A stretch of DNA of 64,000 bases from Balanoglossus misakiensis (Eukaryota > Animalia > Hemichordata): contig CM082590.2 in the NCBI GenBank assembly GCA_040954595.2, positions 8,308,001 to 8,372,000 of the forward strand. Direction: 5' to 3'. Positions within the stretch are counted from its first letter, which is position 1; the number at the start of each line of letters is the position of its first letter. Positions 39,402-52,630 of the stretch are shown here, piece after piece. The translations under genes were made by a program, and so were the position numbers. The notes under the pieces were generated by a model that had not been told where the DNA came from, made no database searches, and saw nothing but the letters and a program-made list of their open reading frames with translations.

Positions 39402-40364
39402 GGTTCATTTCTGTATCAAGCTTTTTCATTGGTCATGTTTCGACAAGGTATTAACCACAAAAAGTGGAGTTATTAGCCAAGTGGAGTAACAGACAAGCAG
39501 AGTTTTTCACTGGGTGACAACGCAAAAATGTGTGCCATCAAATGGTCATTCGAAGACTTAAGACACAACATTTTGATAGGTAGTATGTAAGTTAGAAATG
39601 ATTGTAATGCATTAATATATTTGTCAATGTAAATGAATTGTTAATAAACATTAAGAAAGACACAGTTGAACAAGAACATGATTGACATGTTTTATTCAAT
39701 ATTGCAACGGAATGCAAGTAAAGACAGCATGTTCTTATCTTCTATCTGCATAATAGTAATAACAGCATGCAATCAGGACACTCAAAACAAGAAATTCATT
39801 TGTCAATATGTGACAGTTTATTTTAAAATAAATCAACTTCAATTCCAAAAGTCCACAAATGTCTTCAATTAAGTTTGAATTCCTCCGTAAAAGTCCTAGT
39901 AATGCGCTCTTGTGTGGTGGTAGTGGGCAGGAAAATTACTTTGTAGAACAAACATTTATTACAGACAACAAAGTGAAACAGTAAATAATTTATTTAATTA
40001 ATTATTTGCCAATCAATAAAATCAAGAAGAACATTCCAACCAAATTCTCAGCCAATCCAGACAACCAACTGAACAATCTTAGATCAATATCCATACACTA
40101 ACCACTTTTGAAGTTTTAAATCGAAGTCCTGAGCCCAAGTTGTCTTGTGAACATACAATAGTATTCATATTTACCGGTACAATACAATAATAGCTCTACC
40201 TTCTGGAGGCGGAGACCAAAACAGCCATGAAAACAGTAAAAAGTCGTGAGGGATAAAATTTCGAAAAAGTCAAAAATCAGCCTAATATGCCGCCTAAAAA
40301 CACCACAGCTATAGACTCACAGATAGGTCTCTAAGGACTCACAGCTATAAGGCTAGACCGACCA

Positions 40365-42209
40365 CTAGTTTCCTTGCCTACCCTTGCACAGACTCAGCCC
40401 TGCTCGGTTGTCAACAACAAAAGCCAAGAAGATGATCACTCCCTGCAGAGAAATAACACTAGTGACGAATATACTGAACGCCGCGTTATCAACAAAGGTG
40501 TCCACGAGAACCAGCGACCAAGACAAGCCCATGACGATAAAGGTCTTTATGCAGGGTCTGACGTACTTCTTCCACCCTCCCATCTTGCCAAGGGCGTGGC
40601 CCGGCATGGGGAGAGAGTAGGCGGCAAAGATGGCGCACATGGTCATGATGTAGCAGATAACATTGAAAACCAAGATGCCGGCAATTGGACCAATGAAAAA
40701 CGTGAACAGCGCCACCTGGTTGCGAATCCAACAGACATTATCAGAGCCGTAGCCGACATCGAAACTTGAACTGGGAACGGTCAGATCCAGGACGACCGCC
40801 ATGGCAACCACACCAGCTGGAAGAAGCCATCCACAGAGACAATACATGATAAACAAACCCTTGCTTCTCACGACGTACAGGGTCTTGTTAATCGAACGGA
40901 ACGTCCGACAGATATCGAAACTGACCACAGCCATCCAAAAGAACGTGCTCAACCAAGTGTAGTGCAGACACACCGCTAACGGGAAACATATCTGTTTAAT
41001 CTCATTCAGACCCATGCTAGCCAGGTACGTGATCTGTGCAAACAGAAGTGACAGCACCAAATTGAGGGTGAGTTTCTGCGGGAAAGTAATACAGGAAAAA
41101 GACAGGGCGTTGAGAATCAGATGCACGGAGAGGCAGATCACGGAGAGAGCAGAACCGGATATGGACATTATCACTTCCCAGTTGACTGACGGGAGATTCC
41201 GGTATCTCACACCGGAATGGCAAACATGGGCAACCAAGCTGTCATCAGAAATCTGGAAACTTGTCGCATGGAACTGACGACCGCCCAACTGGTAAACAAT
41301 CGCACCACTGCCGATAACCTGAAACTGTGATCGGTTTAGCCACAGCGTAGGACCTTCGCACAAAAGATCTCGACCAGTATCAGCTGTCTCGTTGTATGTC
41401 GTGTCGTTGAAAGTAGTATTGCCTGGTCCGGTAGACGGGTTCAGAACGAAATTTGCGGGCACTGGATGCATCATCGGTGCCTGGATTTTATCGAATTGGA
41501 CACACGCCTGCAAAAATGGATCATATACTGACCCTGGGCATTCGAATTGTTCCACCTTGCGACCAATATCAAACATAACACTTAAACTGTAGATATCTTT
41601 TCGCCTTACGAGAACTTTAGCACCACACTCCAGTAAAGGGTATGCTACGTCTTTCCAAGGAATATTGCATGCTAAACAGTGGATGTTCTGGTACACATTA
41701 AAGTTGTAAGAAACAAATGAAACATAGGACTTGCACAACTGCGACTGATCCAAAAATTCTGAAGTACCGGTATAAAGTGAAGGATCGCAAGAATTAATAT
41801 ACACAACACATTTGTGGAGAAAGATATCTGGGTGGGGGGCTTGGACTTGAAACGTGCATCTCCCGTTTCTGGTTTTATTGAGTAATATTTCCAGAACGGC
41901 GTCGTCGTTGTTTTCTGCTGGAAACAGATGACATTTCCACTGTGCACTCCACCAAACTAAGTCGGACAGTTCGACACCGTTGCAGACAGCGCAATAGACA
42001 TTCTGAAATAACGTGCTGTTCCCGTCGTTCACTGGTATGTCTCGCAGAGAAACCGACCCTGGAAAAAGTAAAGATATTTTTGTTACAACATGGCTCGTTT
42101 GCAAAATCATCCATCCATCCATCCATCCATCCATCCATCCATCCATCCATCCATCCATACATACAATGTACATACATACATGCATACATTCCTTACATAC
42201 ATACATTCC

Positions 42210-42240
<31 letters not shown>

Positions 42241-42726
42241 CATACATACATACATACATACATACAGTACATACATACATACATACATACATACATACAT
42301 ACATACAGTACATACATACATACATACATACATACATACATACATACAGTACATACATACATACATACATACATACATACATACATACAGTACATACATA
42401 CATACAGTACATACATACATACATACATACATACATACATACATACATACATACAGTACATACATACATACAGTACATACAGTACATACATACATACATA
42501 CATACATACATACATACATACATACATACAGTACATACATACATACATACATACATACATACATACATACATACAGAGACACAGGTGCATAAACACACGA
42601 TGACATAAGCCCACTATGTGTGCTGTGCCGTGGGCCAAAAAAACATACATACATACATACATACATACATACATACATACATACATACATACATACGGTA
42701 CATACATACATACATACATACATACA

Positions 42727-42760
<34 letters not shown>

Positions 42761-43302
42761 CATACATACATACATACATACATACATACTAAACTGGAAT
42801 CTGACACAGACAACAAAGACAGACCCACAATATGAGAGAGTAGAGATCGACGACAGACGGATCCGACAGATACACACACTAAAATGGAATCACGTCACTT
42901 ACCAACAGTCGAGTTATTGCGTTCACAGAGACTTCGGATATCATCATTCTGCCAGCTCGTCGGGCATACACTCTTCATCCATACACCTGCAGCCCCAGCA
43001 TCGACACACTCGTACGAACTAGCGCCAGACGCAGTAGTGTCTTCAGAGCGCTGCGGCAGCGTACCGTTCAAACACACGTCTCGGTAGTCGAAGCAGCAGT
43101 CTCCCACCTCAAGACACAGGGCATCGCAGTAACACACGAAGGGCGGCTCGTCAAAGACGCTCGGGGCGGTGACGACGGTCCTGTCGCACATCGCTTGGCC
43201 GTCGACCATGCAGGAACCCGCAGGACACAACTCTACTGCACTGACCGGTGCCCTCGCCATCAGCAGCCAGCCTATGAAAACGAAGGATGCGATCCCTGAC
43301 AT
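40365..43302 (-). CDS. Class B/adhesion-like 7TM receptor with N-terminal somatomedin-B-like and Cys-rich ectodomain (~697 aa)
   Basis: Exon 43302-42903: signal peptide and SMB-like [21 protein letters not shown]. Exon 42058-40365: two (F/Y)QNxxCxxCN motifs, then seven hydrophobic helices with 7tm_2-type [20 protein letters not shown] and LQG motifs. 5'UTR acceptor at 43339 and upstream donor near 43736. Confidence 0.88.
42107..42788. repeat. Compound (CCAT)n/(CATA)n microsatellite filling most of the GPCR intron
   Basis: Direct reading; periodic CAGTA interruptions. Confidence 0.98.
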
Positions 43303-44145
43303 TGGACTCTCCTAAATCATATACTGCCTCGAGAACACCTGAAAGAGAAGATTAAATAGTAGTCATTTTCGTGAAGTTTCCATACCAGAAAACAAGATCA
43401 ATGGCACAAAGGAAACGTTATATCACCATGTTTGATTTTTTTAAATATAAGGATAGCTAAACCGCATAGACAGGATTACTTGCATTTGCATCAGTTTGTC
43501 ATCTCTTGGCGATGCATACCACGATAGCTGCGTACTGTTTGTATGGAGGCTGATTAAATCGGTGCAGACCGTTTTAAAACATAGCGTGTTCAAATTGCGA
43601 CATACAGCCATAATTGGGGAGATTAGATGTTCATGTATACCTATCAGTAAATATTTCGATGTACCAATGTAAGTTGGGAAAAAAATCAAGAAAACAGTGG
43701 CAGCTCTAGAGGCTTTAAGACATATTGTAGACTTACCACAGTGCAGTACTTGATGACTTGTGTGATGCTCAAGCTCCCCTGCTTCAATAAGCCCTGGTCG
43801 CGTTACAGGTGCAAAGTTATATGACATTTGGCATCTGAAGTTATACAAGCTGTCATATTCAAAATTCACTCGACTTCACCAACAAGTACTGCCGAAAAAC
43901 ACGCCGACGTCATCAACTGCTTGATGAATTCGCGACTCATTCTGAAGTGCAGTTATTTTAACGAGCTCCCCGGATGTCATTAGACTAGTTGGCTCGGTTC
44001 TCTTTGTCACTAAAATGCCCATTTCCGCAAAATATTCTCAGTGTCCGTCTACTTCAAGCGCCAGCGCCCCAATTTAACCCTTTCACACCCACTTGACTCT
44101 TTAGAGGTCCAACGGTTCCGTGGAGACCAAGGGCTTTGAACTGGA

Positions 44146-44239
44146 CCATGGTGATGAAAACGTGAGGGATCAGAAATAACCACGGTGATGAAAACGTGAG
44201 GGATCAGAAATAACCACGGTGATGAAAACGTGAGGGATC
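44146..44239. repeat. 34-bp minisatellite, ~2.8 copies
   Basis: Unit CCACGGTGATGAAAACGTGAGGGATCAGAAATAA. Confidence 0.9.
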
Positions 44240-44261
44240 TTAAATTTCTCTAGCGGAAATA

Positions 44262-44469
44262 CTGTAAAACACTTTATTTTCGCGCGTTAAATTTTTCGCG
44301 ATATCGAGAGAGGCCACTGTTTCGCGAGTATTAATATTCGCGTTCTCTTATTTCATTCACTGCATCATTATCTTCAAAAACTATTTACGCAAGTTTTTAT
44401 TATCACGCTATTTTGGCTCTCGCGTATTTGGCGAAAATTAATTGCTCGCGAAAATTAAGTGTTTTACAG
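44262..44469. mobile_element. MITE family 4 copy
   Basis: Same TIRs, TA flanks. Confidence 0.8.
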
Positions 44470-44723
44470 TATCTGGTGCTATTAAATTGACTGTCTGTTA
44501 TCACAATTGCCTGTATCTGTATAGCTGTGATTCTGTGGTGTTTGATATAGACATCTTAATGACAAAATCTCTCACAGAGTAAGGGGTGGGGGAGTGGGCA
44601 TGGTGTTTCTTGAAACTTCCAATTAACTTTCCTTGAGCAAGAAATGTGAAAAGGCTAAAGACTGACTTTCTCTGTACTTCCTTATTCTGTTACCACCTTC
44701 TTGGCCTGTCTTATCAGTTGCTA

Positions 44724-44888
44724 ATCCAGAATACAAGCTATCCAATTTCTCACAAGTACCTGCTAACGACTTAATCTGTGTGTAACTGAAGAGGGATGTT
44801 TACTTTATCTACTTAATCTGTGGATGGGGTACACAGATTAAGTCGTTAGCAGGTGCTTATGAGGAACTGGATTGTTTGTATTCTGGAT
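44724..44888. repeat. Inverted repeat (~50-bp arms)
   Basis: ATCCAGAATACAA..ACCTGCTAACGACTTAATCTGTGT pairs with ACACAGATTAAGTCGTTAGCAGGT..TTGTATTCTGGAT. Confidence 0.7.
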
Positions 44889-45339
44889 AAGAATTCTTAA
44901 AATAACTTTGGAGAGCTGCCAATTGTGATAAAGATTTTACTTTCGGTTGGAATTAATACTCTATTCGCATTTCCTTGTGCGTTTTTACAGGTATAACTTC
45001 ACTGTAACAATAATTCCTTGCCGTCTTTACATAGGTGCCATACACACGTACATGTAACATGCTTAGTTGAGATTATTTCAATAACTGATGTAATGTTTGA
45101 CTATGTAGTGTATTAAAATATTCGACCGGTCGATACAAAAATGAAGATATGAGGGAACTCTTTCTGGATTTCATGTTGCCATCACATTAAGTAGGGCCCG
45201 CCCAGGAAATCATTTGTAAGAGTTATTTTCTTGTTTGCACCGTTGTGATGAAGTAATGGTCAGTGTTAAAAATGGCTGACACATGAGTAAATGAGAAGAA
45301 ATCGTGTAATTTTCACGATCTCATTATCTATGTCCCTGC

Positions 45340-46400
45340 ATTTCTGTCAGTCTGCTTGTCTCTCTGACTGTCTCTTGTACTGTCTATATATCTATCTCTA
45401 TGTCCAATGTCCAGCGTGTCACCAGTCTCAGTCTGTCTTTGGCTCTCTTTTTCTGTATCTCTGTATCAATCTCCCTCTCCCTCTCTCCCCCTCAATCTGT
45501 CTCCCTCCCTCTATTTCCCTCTCATTCTCTCTCCCTCTCTACCGCCCTCCCTGTCTCTCCCCTCCCTCCCTCTTCCTGTCACACCCTGCCTCCTCTTTTA
45601 CGTAAGCAAACTCGCGAAAAACTCAGAGGTACAAACTCTTAGCTTCTCTACTTCTAAGTGAAGTACATGCATCCCATTTCCAAGTCTAGATGATAACACG
45701 ATTGGCATCAAAGCGTTGATATGTACCGGTACTTCAAAATACAAGGCTATAACTAAATAAGGAACTGCAAATAACAGGATGAGGCATTGACAACATATAG
45801 TCAAGTATTTATAATCTCAGTGCACTTGAAGGACATACTACTTTAAACAGGACTAGTCCATGTTCACCTGTTTTGTCTGGGGTTCTTTTAAACTGTACAG
45901 CATTGCCGGCTTATCTTACGTAAAGTTCACTGGCATTCAGAATACTGTCGCTAAGCTTAAATTTGATAATTTAAATATAAGAATAGGAAAATATGAAGGA
46001 TAAATGGGCCACCTATTTTAGCAGGAGATAATACTTTTTCCGTTTGTCTATGTTTTCGGTTGGACTGTCTGTCTTTTTCTGCTTATGTCTCTTTATCTGT
46101 CTCATTCTGTCTTATTGTCTCTCTTTCAGTCTCTCGGAGTATAGGTGTTTCTGTCTGCCTTTCTCTCTCTGTTTCTGTCTCTCAGTCTCTGTCTCTCTGT
46201 CCTTCACTCTGTCTTTCTCTCTCTCTCTCTCTGTTAAATTATTTCTCTGTATTTCTCTCTGTCTTTGTCTCTCAGTCTCTCTGACTGTCTCTCTGACCCT
46301 GTCTTTCTCTCTCTCTCTCTTTCTCTCTGTCCTTCTCTCTCTCTCTCTCAGTTTGTTAAATTGTTTCTCTGTATTTATCTCTCTGTCTCTGTCTCTCAGT
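45340..46400. repeat. CT-rich low-complexity tracts (45340-45600 and 46040-46400)
   Basis: Direct reading. Confidence 0.85.
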
Positions 46401-46801
46401 CAATTGTCTACCATGCTTCACAGCTACCTCGTACTTGACCTCACACTCACTCCGGAAATGCAAGGTCTACACGGTCACCAAATGGCATCGTTCGTGAACT
46501 GGATGACCTACACAAAGGTTTAATTCCGCACACACGAATTACAACTAATCCCTCTGCTAACTGCAGGATATAAGATACGTTGCGCTGTAAATATCCTCCG
46601 CGAGGCACCTTATCAATAAAATGCACACTCGAAACAGGACAGGTATTAGATTTCAACAGATTTTTCGGACTATTTTAGTAAATTCGTGTCCACTCATAGT
46701 TGCAAAGTTGCGAGTCATACATTGGGTGCTGTCTGTGAGTTTCACAGCAAACATCCATTAGAAGCTGCCATAATCTCAGTTCAATTTTATTAATTCTCAA
46801 G

Positions 46802-49800
46802 ATGCCGGACAATATTCACATTGAGAGAAGGAGTTTCATTCTGATGTTATTTTTACTGGTGGTTTCTCTGTGCCTACAGACAACCGAGTCGCGCGGAATC
46901 ATTCAGATGGGAAAAACGCCCGGAGTTTTTCCTTTACGCAGGTCTGGAAGAAATGTCTGCATACGGAAAAGGTAAAATGAAAATTGCTCATTAATAATTG
47001 TGTGACTAAATTTAATTAATTTCTAAGTAAGTGTCACGCACACATGAGTGATGACTATTTATATGTATGAGTAAATATTTCTTTCATTAGTTTCATTCGT
47101 CAAAAGTGTGTGTTTGAAGTGTTCGAATGACCATGTGTGGTAGCGCACTTTTTTCGCATCTGTCACCAACCGAAAATCTGTGATTGGCTATATTTGAATT
47201 CTCAATGGTAATATTGGTTAATTTTCATAGATGATCGTACACCTTTAATGTTATTTCAGTAATCTAGATGGTGCTGATAATACTGGGAACGCACATCTTG
47301 GAGAGGCAGTAAAACTGGAATGTTGTGACGGTTGGCAACAGTTACCAAATAGTGACGAATGCTTGCAAGGTAAGCTGAAGCTATAATGTCTTCCATGAAA
47401 TTCGAATGAAAAAAATTGCCATGGGCAAACTGAAAGTGAAGAGGTCATCGCGCCGTGTTTGTTTGTTTATAAACATTACAATTCATCCACAAATCCCTGA
47501 AATTAGATAATTCTTAGAATCAGCCAACCGTAGCATAGACTGGGTATGACAGCAACTGAAGATCCTAGTAAGTCGTCGCGACTGCAGTGGGGTTTGCGCT
47601 GGTATGGGAGGATATATTCTCATCAAGGGGGACACCCACGCGGCGCGACGACCCCTTTCCTTTAGCGTAGACTGGGCATGACAGCAACTGAAGATTCTAG
47701 TACGTCGTGGCGACTGCAATGGGGTTTGTACTGGTATTGAAGGACATGTTCTCATCAAGGGGACACCCACGCGGCATGGCGACCCAATTCCCCTTAAACA
47801 ACGCTGATTGTTTTGTTTTATTTTGTTTACGAAGCTGTTGACAACATGTGTGTATTTCTGTTCTTATTTAGCGTGCTCGCCGGGGTACTTTGGGCGTGGC
47901 TGTGCCAGTGTGTGTGACTGTCCACTTCATTCACGGTGCGACCAAACAGATGGTACATGTCATTGTCTGGATGGGCGGCAAGGGAGTAACTGTGGCACCC
48001 CCCGGGGAGTTGTGTCCGTCAGCAAGAGGGGCACTTCACAATGCAGTTGTAGCAAATACGGGAACTGTGACCCAGACACAGGTGGGTGTCACTGCGATGC
48101 TGGCTGGACTGGTGACAGGTGCAGGAAGAAGTGTGACCAGGATCACTACGGGCCTGACTGTGCCAGAGTGTGCACGTGCAGTGCTGAACATACAGATAAG
48201 TGCAATCGCATCACGGGCAGGTGCAAATGCATGGATGGGTGGACAGGAGACAACTGCGCCGAGTCTTGTCCCATTGGGAGATTCGGCAAGGATTGCGACT
48301 ATCAATGTAACTGCCTAGACAACAGCTACTGTGATCCTGTGACAGGTCGATGTCCTGGTGAGTGCGCACTTTTCATATCACTGCGTCTCTGTCATCTTGC
48401 AACTTTCCATGTGTATGTGTGTGTGTGTGTGTACATGTATGTCTGTATGTATTTACTTATTTTACAGTGAACTTCGCAGATTCTTGATTTTAAACGCTGT
48501 CGTGGGTTAATCGTTGTATATAGTCCCAGAGTACAATTCAAACCCTTGGACATTTACATCTCATTTGACTATGAAATAAACGTTTAAATTTGCAGATTGT
48601 AAACCTAGCTACTACGGATTAACCTGTCAGAACAAGTGTTACTGTCCAGTAAATGCTGTGTGCGACTCCAGAAACGGAGGGTGCACATGTAAGGATGGAT
48701 GGCTTGGTTCATCTTGTGATCAGAAGTGTGATTCCACCCATTATGGGCGTCAGTGTTCCCAGTTATGTTCTTGTACAAACGACGCCCTCTGTGACCACGC
48801 CACCGGAAATTGTACTTGTACCCCCGGATGGCGTGGACAGGACTGCAGCCAGCCCTGCATCCAGGGTTACTACGGAGACGCGTGTGAACAGAAATGCCTC
48901 TGCCGAAACGGCGCCACGTGCGATCACGTGACTGGCAGCTGCGACTGCACCCCGGGGTGGATGGGAGAAAACTGTCAGAAGAGTTGCCCCAGTGGTTACT
49001 ATGGCAATGCTTGCGAACAATCCTGTCGTTGTCGCCACAATACATCTTGTGACCCAATATCAGGACACTGCCAAGGTTATGGTGAGTTTAACTACTTCCT
49101 TTTTATAGCAACAGTTCATTTGAACATATGAGACATTCCAGACAGGAAAACTGAATGACTACAGTCGAACACCGATGATCAGAACCTGTTGGGCAGGTTA
49201 GATTTTGTTCGGATAATTGATTGTTCGGATAATTGATATTGGCACGTCCAAACAAAGGAAATTACTAACAAAACAACTTGATTTTCATTCCCTGTATTTA
49301 TTTTTTCAATTATCCAGATTGTCCAGCTAACTTCTACGGTTTGAAATGCGAAAACGAATGCCAATGTCCTGACAACGCAATGTGCAACTCCACAGATGGT
49401 GAATGTACATGCAATGATGGCTGGACTGGTTCCAACTGTGACCACAAGTGTGATCCTGGCCATTTCGGTCCACACTGCTCTCAGCTGTGTTCCTGTCAAA
49501 ACGACGCCCTCTGTGATCATGTCAGCGGCGAGTGCAATTGTACCCCTGGCTGGCGTGGAGGAGACTGCAGTCTGCCATGTCCTCCTGGTTACTATGGTAA
49601 CATGTGCGAGCAAGAATGCCCGTGTCAAAATGGTGCCACCTGTGATCCCGTAGATGGAAACTGCAGTTGTACACCAGGCTGGGTTGGAGAACACTGTCAG
49701 GAAAGATGCCCTAGAGGTTACTATGGAAACGCGTGCAGACAAGAATGCCTGTGTCAAAATGGTGGTACATGTGATCCCGTATATGGAAACTGTAGTTGTA

Positions 49801-52599
49801 CACCAGGTTGGGTTGGTGACAAGTGTGAACAAAGCTGCCATAGAGGTAACTATGGTAACAAGTGCAGTCAGGAATGTTTGTGTCAAAATGGTGCCACCTG
49901 TGATCCTGTAGATGGAAACTGCAGCTGTTCACCAGGCTGGGTCGGTGAAAACTGTCAACAAAGTTGCCCAAGAGGTTTCTATGGAAACGCATGTGAAAGT
50001 ATGTGTAGTTGTCGTGACAACACCACATGTGACAAGGTGACCGGTCATTGTGAAGGTAAAATACGTTTAATATTTTGACCGTAACGAAATCCACTCTAAC
50101 ATATTTCTCGTTTTAATGTACTGACCAATTTTTTTTGTCTTCAAATAACCACCAGAAGATTTTCAATCAACAATCTATCAAGCTATCAGTTTGTACTATT
50201 CTGTCAATTCAAGTAATCATCTACACATAACACCCAGCTTTTGCTTTGCTTTGTGCACAAAAGACACCGTAATGACCCCGAAAACAAAGAGAATACAACA
50301 TTGCAAACATTCCTGAAGCTTATTTATTTTCCATCATTTTGATGTGCAGGTTGTCCTGATGGAAGATACGGAAAACGATGCCAACTTGAGTGTACCTGCC
50401 AATATGGCTCTTGTGACCAGCTAGACGGGTCCTGCTTATGCCCTGCAGACAGATACGGGCTTCAATGCGAGCACTCATGCACGTGCCAGAACGGCGCGTT
50501 GTGTGACATCTTCAATGGGTCTTGTGTATGTCAGCCTGGGTGGATAGGGGATAGGTGCGACACCCCCTGTGGTGATGGGTACTTTGGAAAAGACTGTGCA
50601 AAGAAGTGCACGTGTAGTAGTCATTCGCAGTGCAATAGAGAGACAGGAAGCTGTGCCTGCGACCCAGGTTACCGCGGGAAACGATGCAACCTCCCCTGCA
50701 ATGACGGTTACTACGGAGACCAGTGTCAACAAAAATGTCATTGCAAGAACGACGGAGTGTGTCACCCCATCAAAGGGTGCCTGTGCTCATCAGGTTGGAA
50801 ACCGCCTCACTGCGACACCCCCTGCGAGCAGGGTTACTATGGAGACAACTGCGAAGGAATATGTCCCACTTGCCTGCTTAATACAACGTGTGATCACGTC
50901 ACTGGAGGATGTGAATTTTGTCCGCCAGGACTTACAGGAAGCAGGTCTGTGTTAGATTAGAGATCATGGTACACCCAAACCGGTAGTACATGATGTATGT
51001 GTACATAGCAGCTATATATGTAGGATCACGTTAAGCACGTCCGAACACAAACTTTGAAGTTGTTAGTTTAAATTAAAGTTAAATGCGGAGTTTCTGATAA
51101 TCACAGTACAATTAAACAACCATAATGCCTTACTGTCGAATCGTGATATAAGGAAACGGTTGAGAACTAGAGTTTGATAGTTTTCAAGTGCCCTATAACT
51201 GTCAACATATGCACTGGCTGACCAACAATATAGCAATATGATATGCTCTGGCCAATCCTTATACACTATGGTTTAGAACTAGTTTTTAAATGTACAATGC
51301 CCTGTAACTGTCAACCCAGCATGCCCTAGCCTATCATGATAACGAGATACAAATCTAACGGAGTGAAATAAGAATATCTGATGTACAGATTTCACCCGTC
51401 TCCAAATACACAGTACTTTTAGTCACTCTTGGAAGTTGAGAACTTGGGCACAGTTTTTTTGTACCTGGTAACTGGTGGAAACGAGGAAAGGAATATTCAA
51501 TGTCACTGCATATTGTGTTTTTCCCACAGTTGTAATGAAACTTGCGAGGACGGATTTTACGGAATCGGATGCAACAGCCTGTGTGATTGCTGTGATGGTT
51601 GCAGCTGCGACGCAGTCAGTGGTGACTGTTATGGTGAATATCCTTCCTTTGTACCTCTGCTTGTGTTTTTACATTTCGAACAATGTGCAATACAGTTCAA
51701 TCTTTCTTGATTTACTATTCAAATATATGTATAAGTCTGTGAGATTCACCTACTTGCTGTTTACTAATACTGGGACTTACCCCTGCATTAAGTATGAAGA
51801 TAAAGTATTATTATTTATTTATTTATTTATTTGTTCATTTATTTATTATTTATTTATTTGTTTGTTTGTTTGTTTGGGTTAGGTAGAGGTGTATCCACCA
51901 AAAGGGGGTTCTCTATCAAGTCTAAAGACATGTCAACTAATTATATCATGAAGTATTAAGATAATTGGTCACAAATCAAAAACCTTATTAATATTAATAT
52001 TATTTATTTATTTATTTGTTTGTTTGTTTGTTTAGGTAGTGATGTATCCACCCAAAGGGGGCTCTCTATCGAGTCTAAAGACATGTCCACTCAGTACCGA
52101 GAAGATACCAACGTCAACCCAAGAAAGGACCGCACCCACATGGTTGCCCTGATCGCGACCTTGGGGGCGATCTTCGTGATCTTGCTGGTCGTCGCTTGTG
52201 TGACTCTGTTTGTGACGTTTGGGGGCGGCGTCGCAGGGAAGAAACGGTAGGATTTCAGTTTTCTGCGGATTTTGTCTGATCACTATGGTAGTGCCAGTTC
52301 CACACTTTTAACCCTTTCACCCCAGTTCCCTCTTTAGAGGTCTAACCTTCCCAGAGAAAACAATGGGTTTGGACTGAACCATGGTGGTGAAAGGGTTAAA
52401 TCATTTCATGGTCGTTTTTTGTTTTTTTTTAATCTCTAATAATCAAAGCTGTTAAGCTGAGCATGCACAGTGTTCAAGTTGTTATCCAGAATTTATCATC
52501 ATCAACATCATCATCATCATCACCACCACCACCACCACCACCACCACCACAATAATCATCATCAACATCATCATCATCATCATCACCACCACCACCACT

Positions 52600-52630
<31 letters not shown>

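Noticed and set aside
44146-44239. 34-bp repeats superficially CRISPR-sized
   Set aside because: Head-to-tail with no spacers, eukaryotic context, no cas genes.
45291-46523. Leu/Ser-rich hydrophobic ORFs
   Set aside because: Derived from CT-rich low-complexity tracts.
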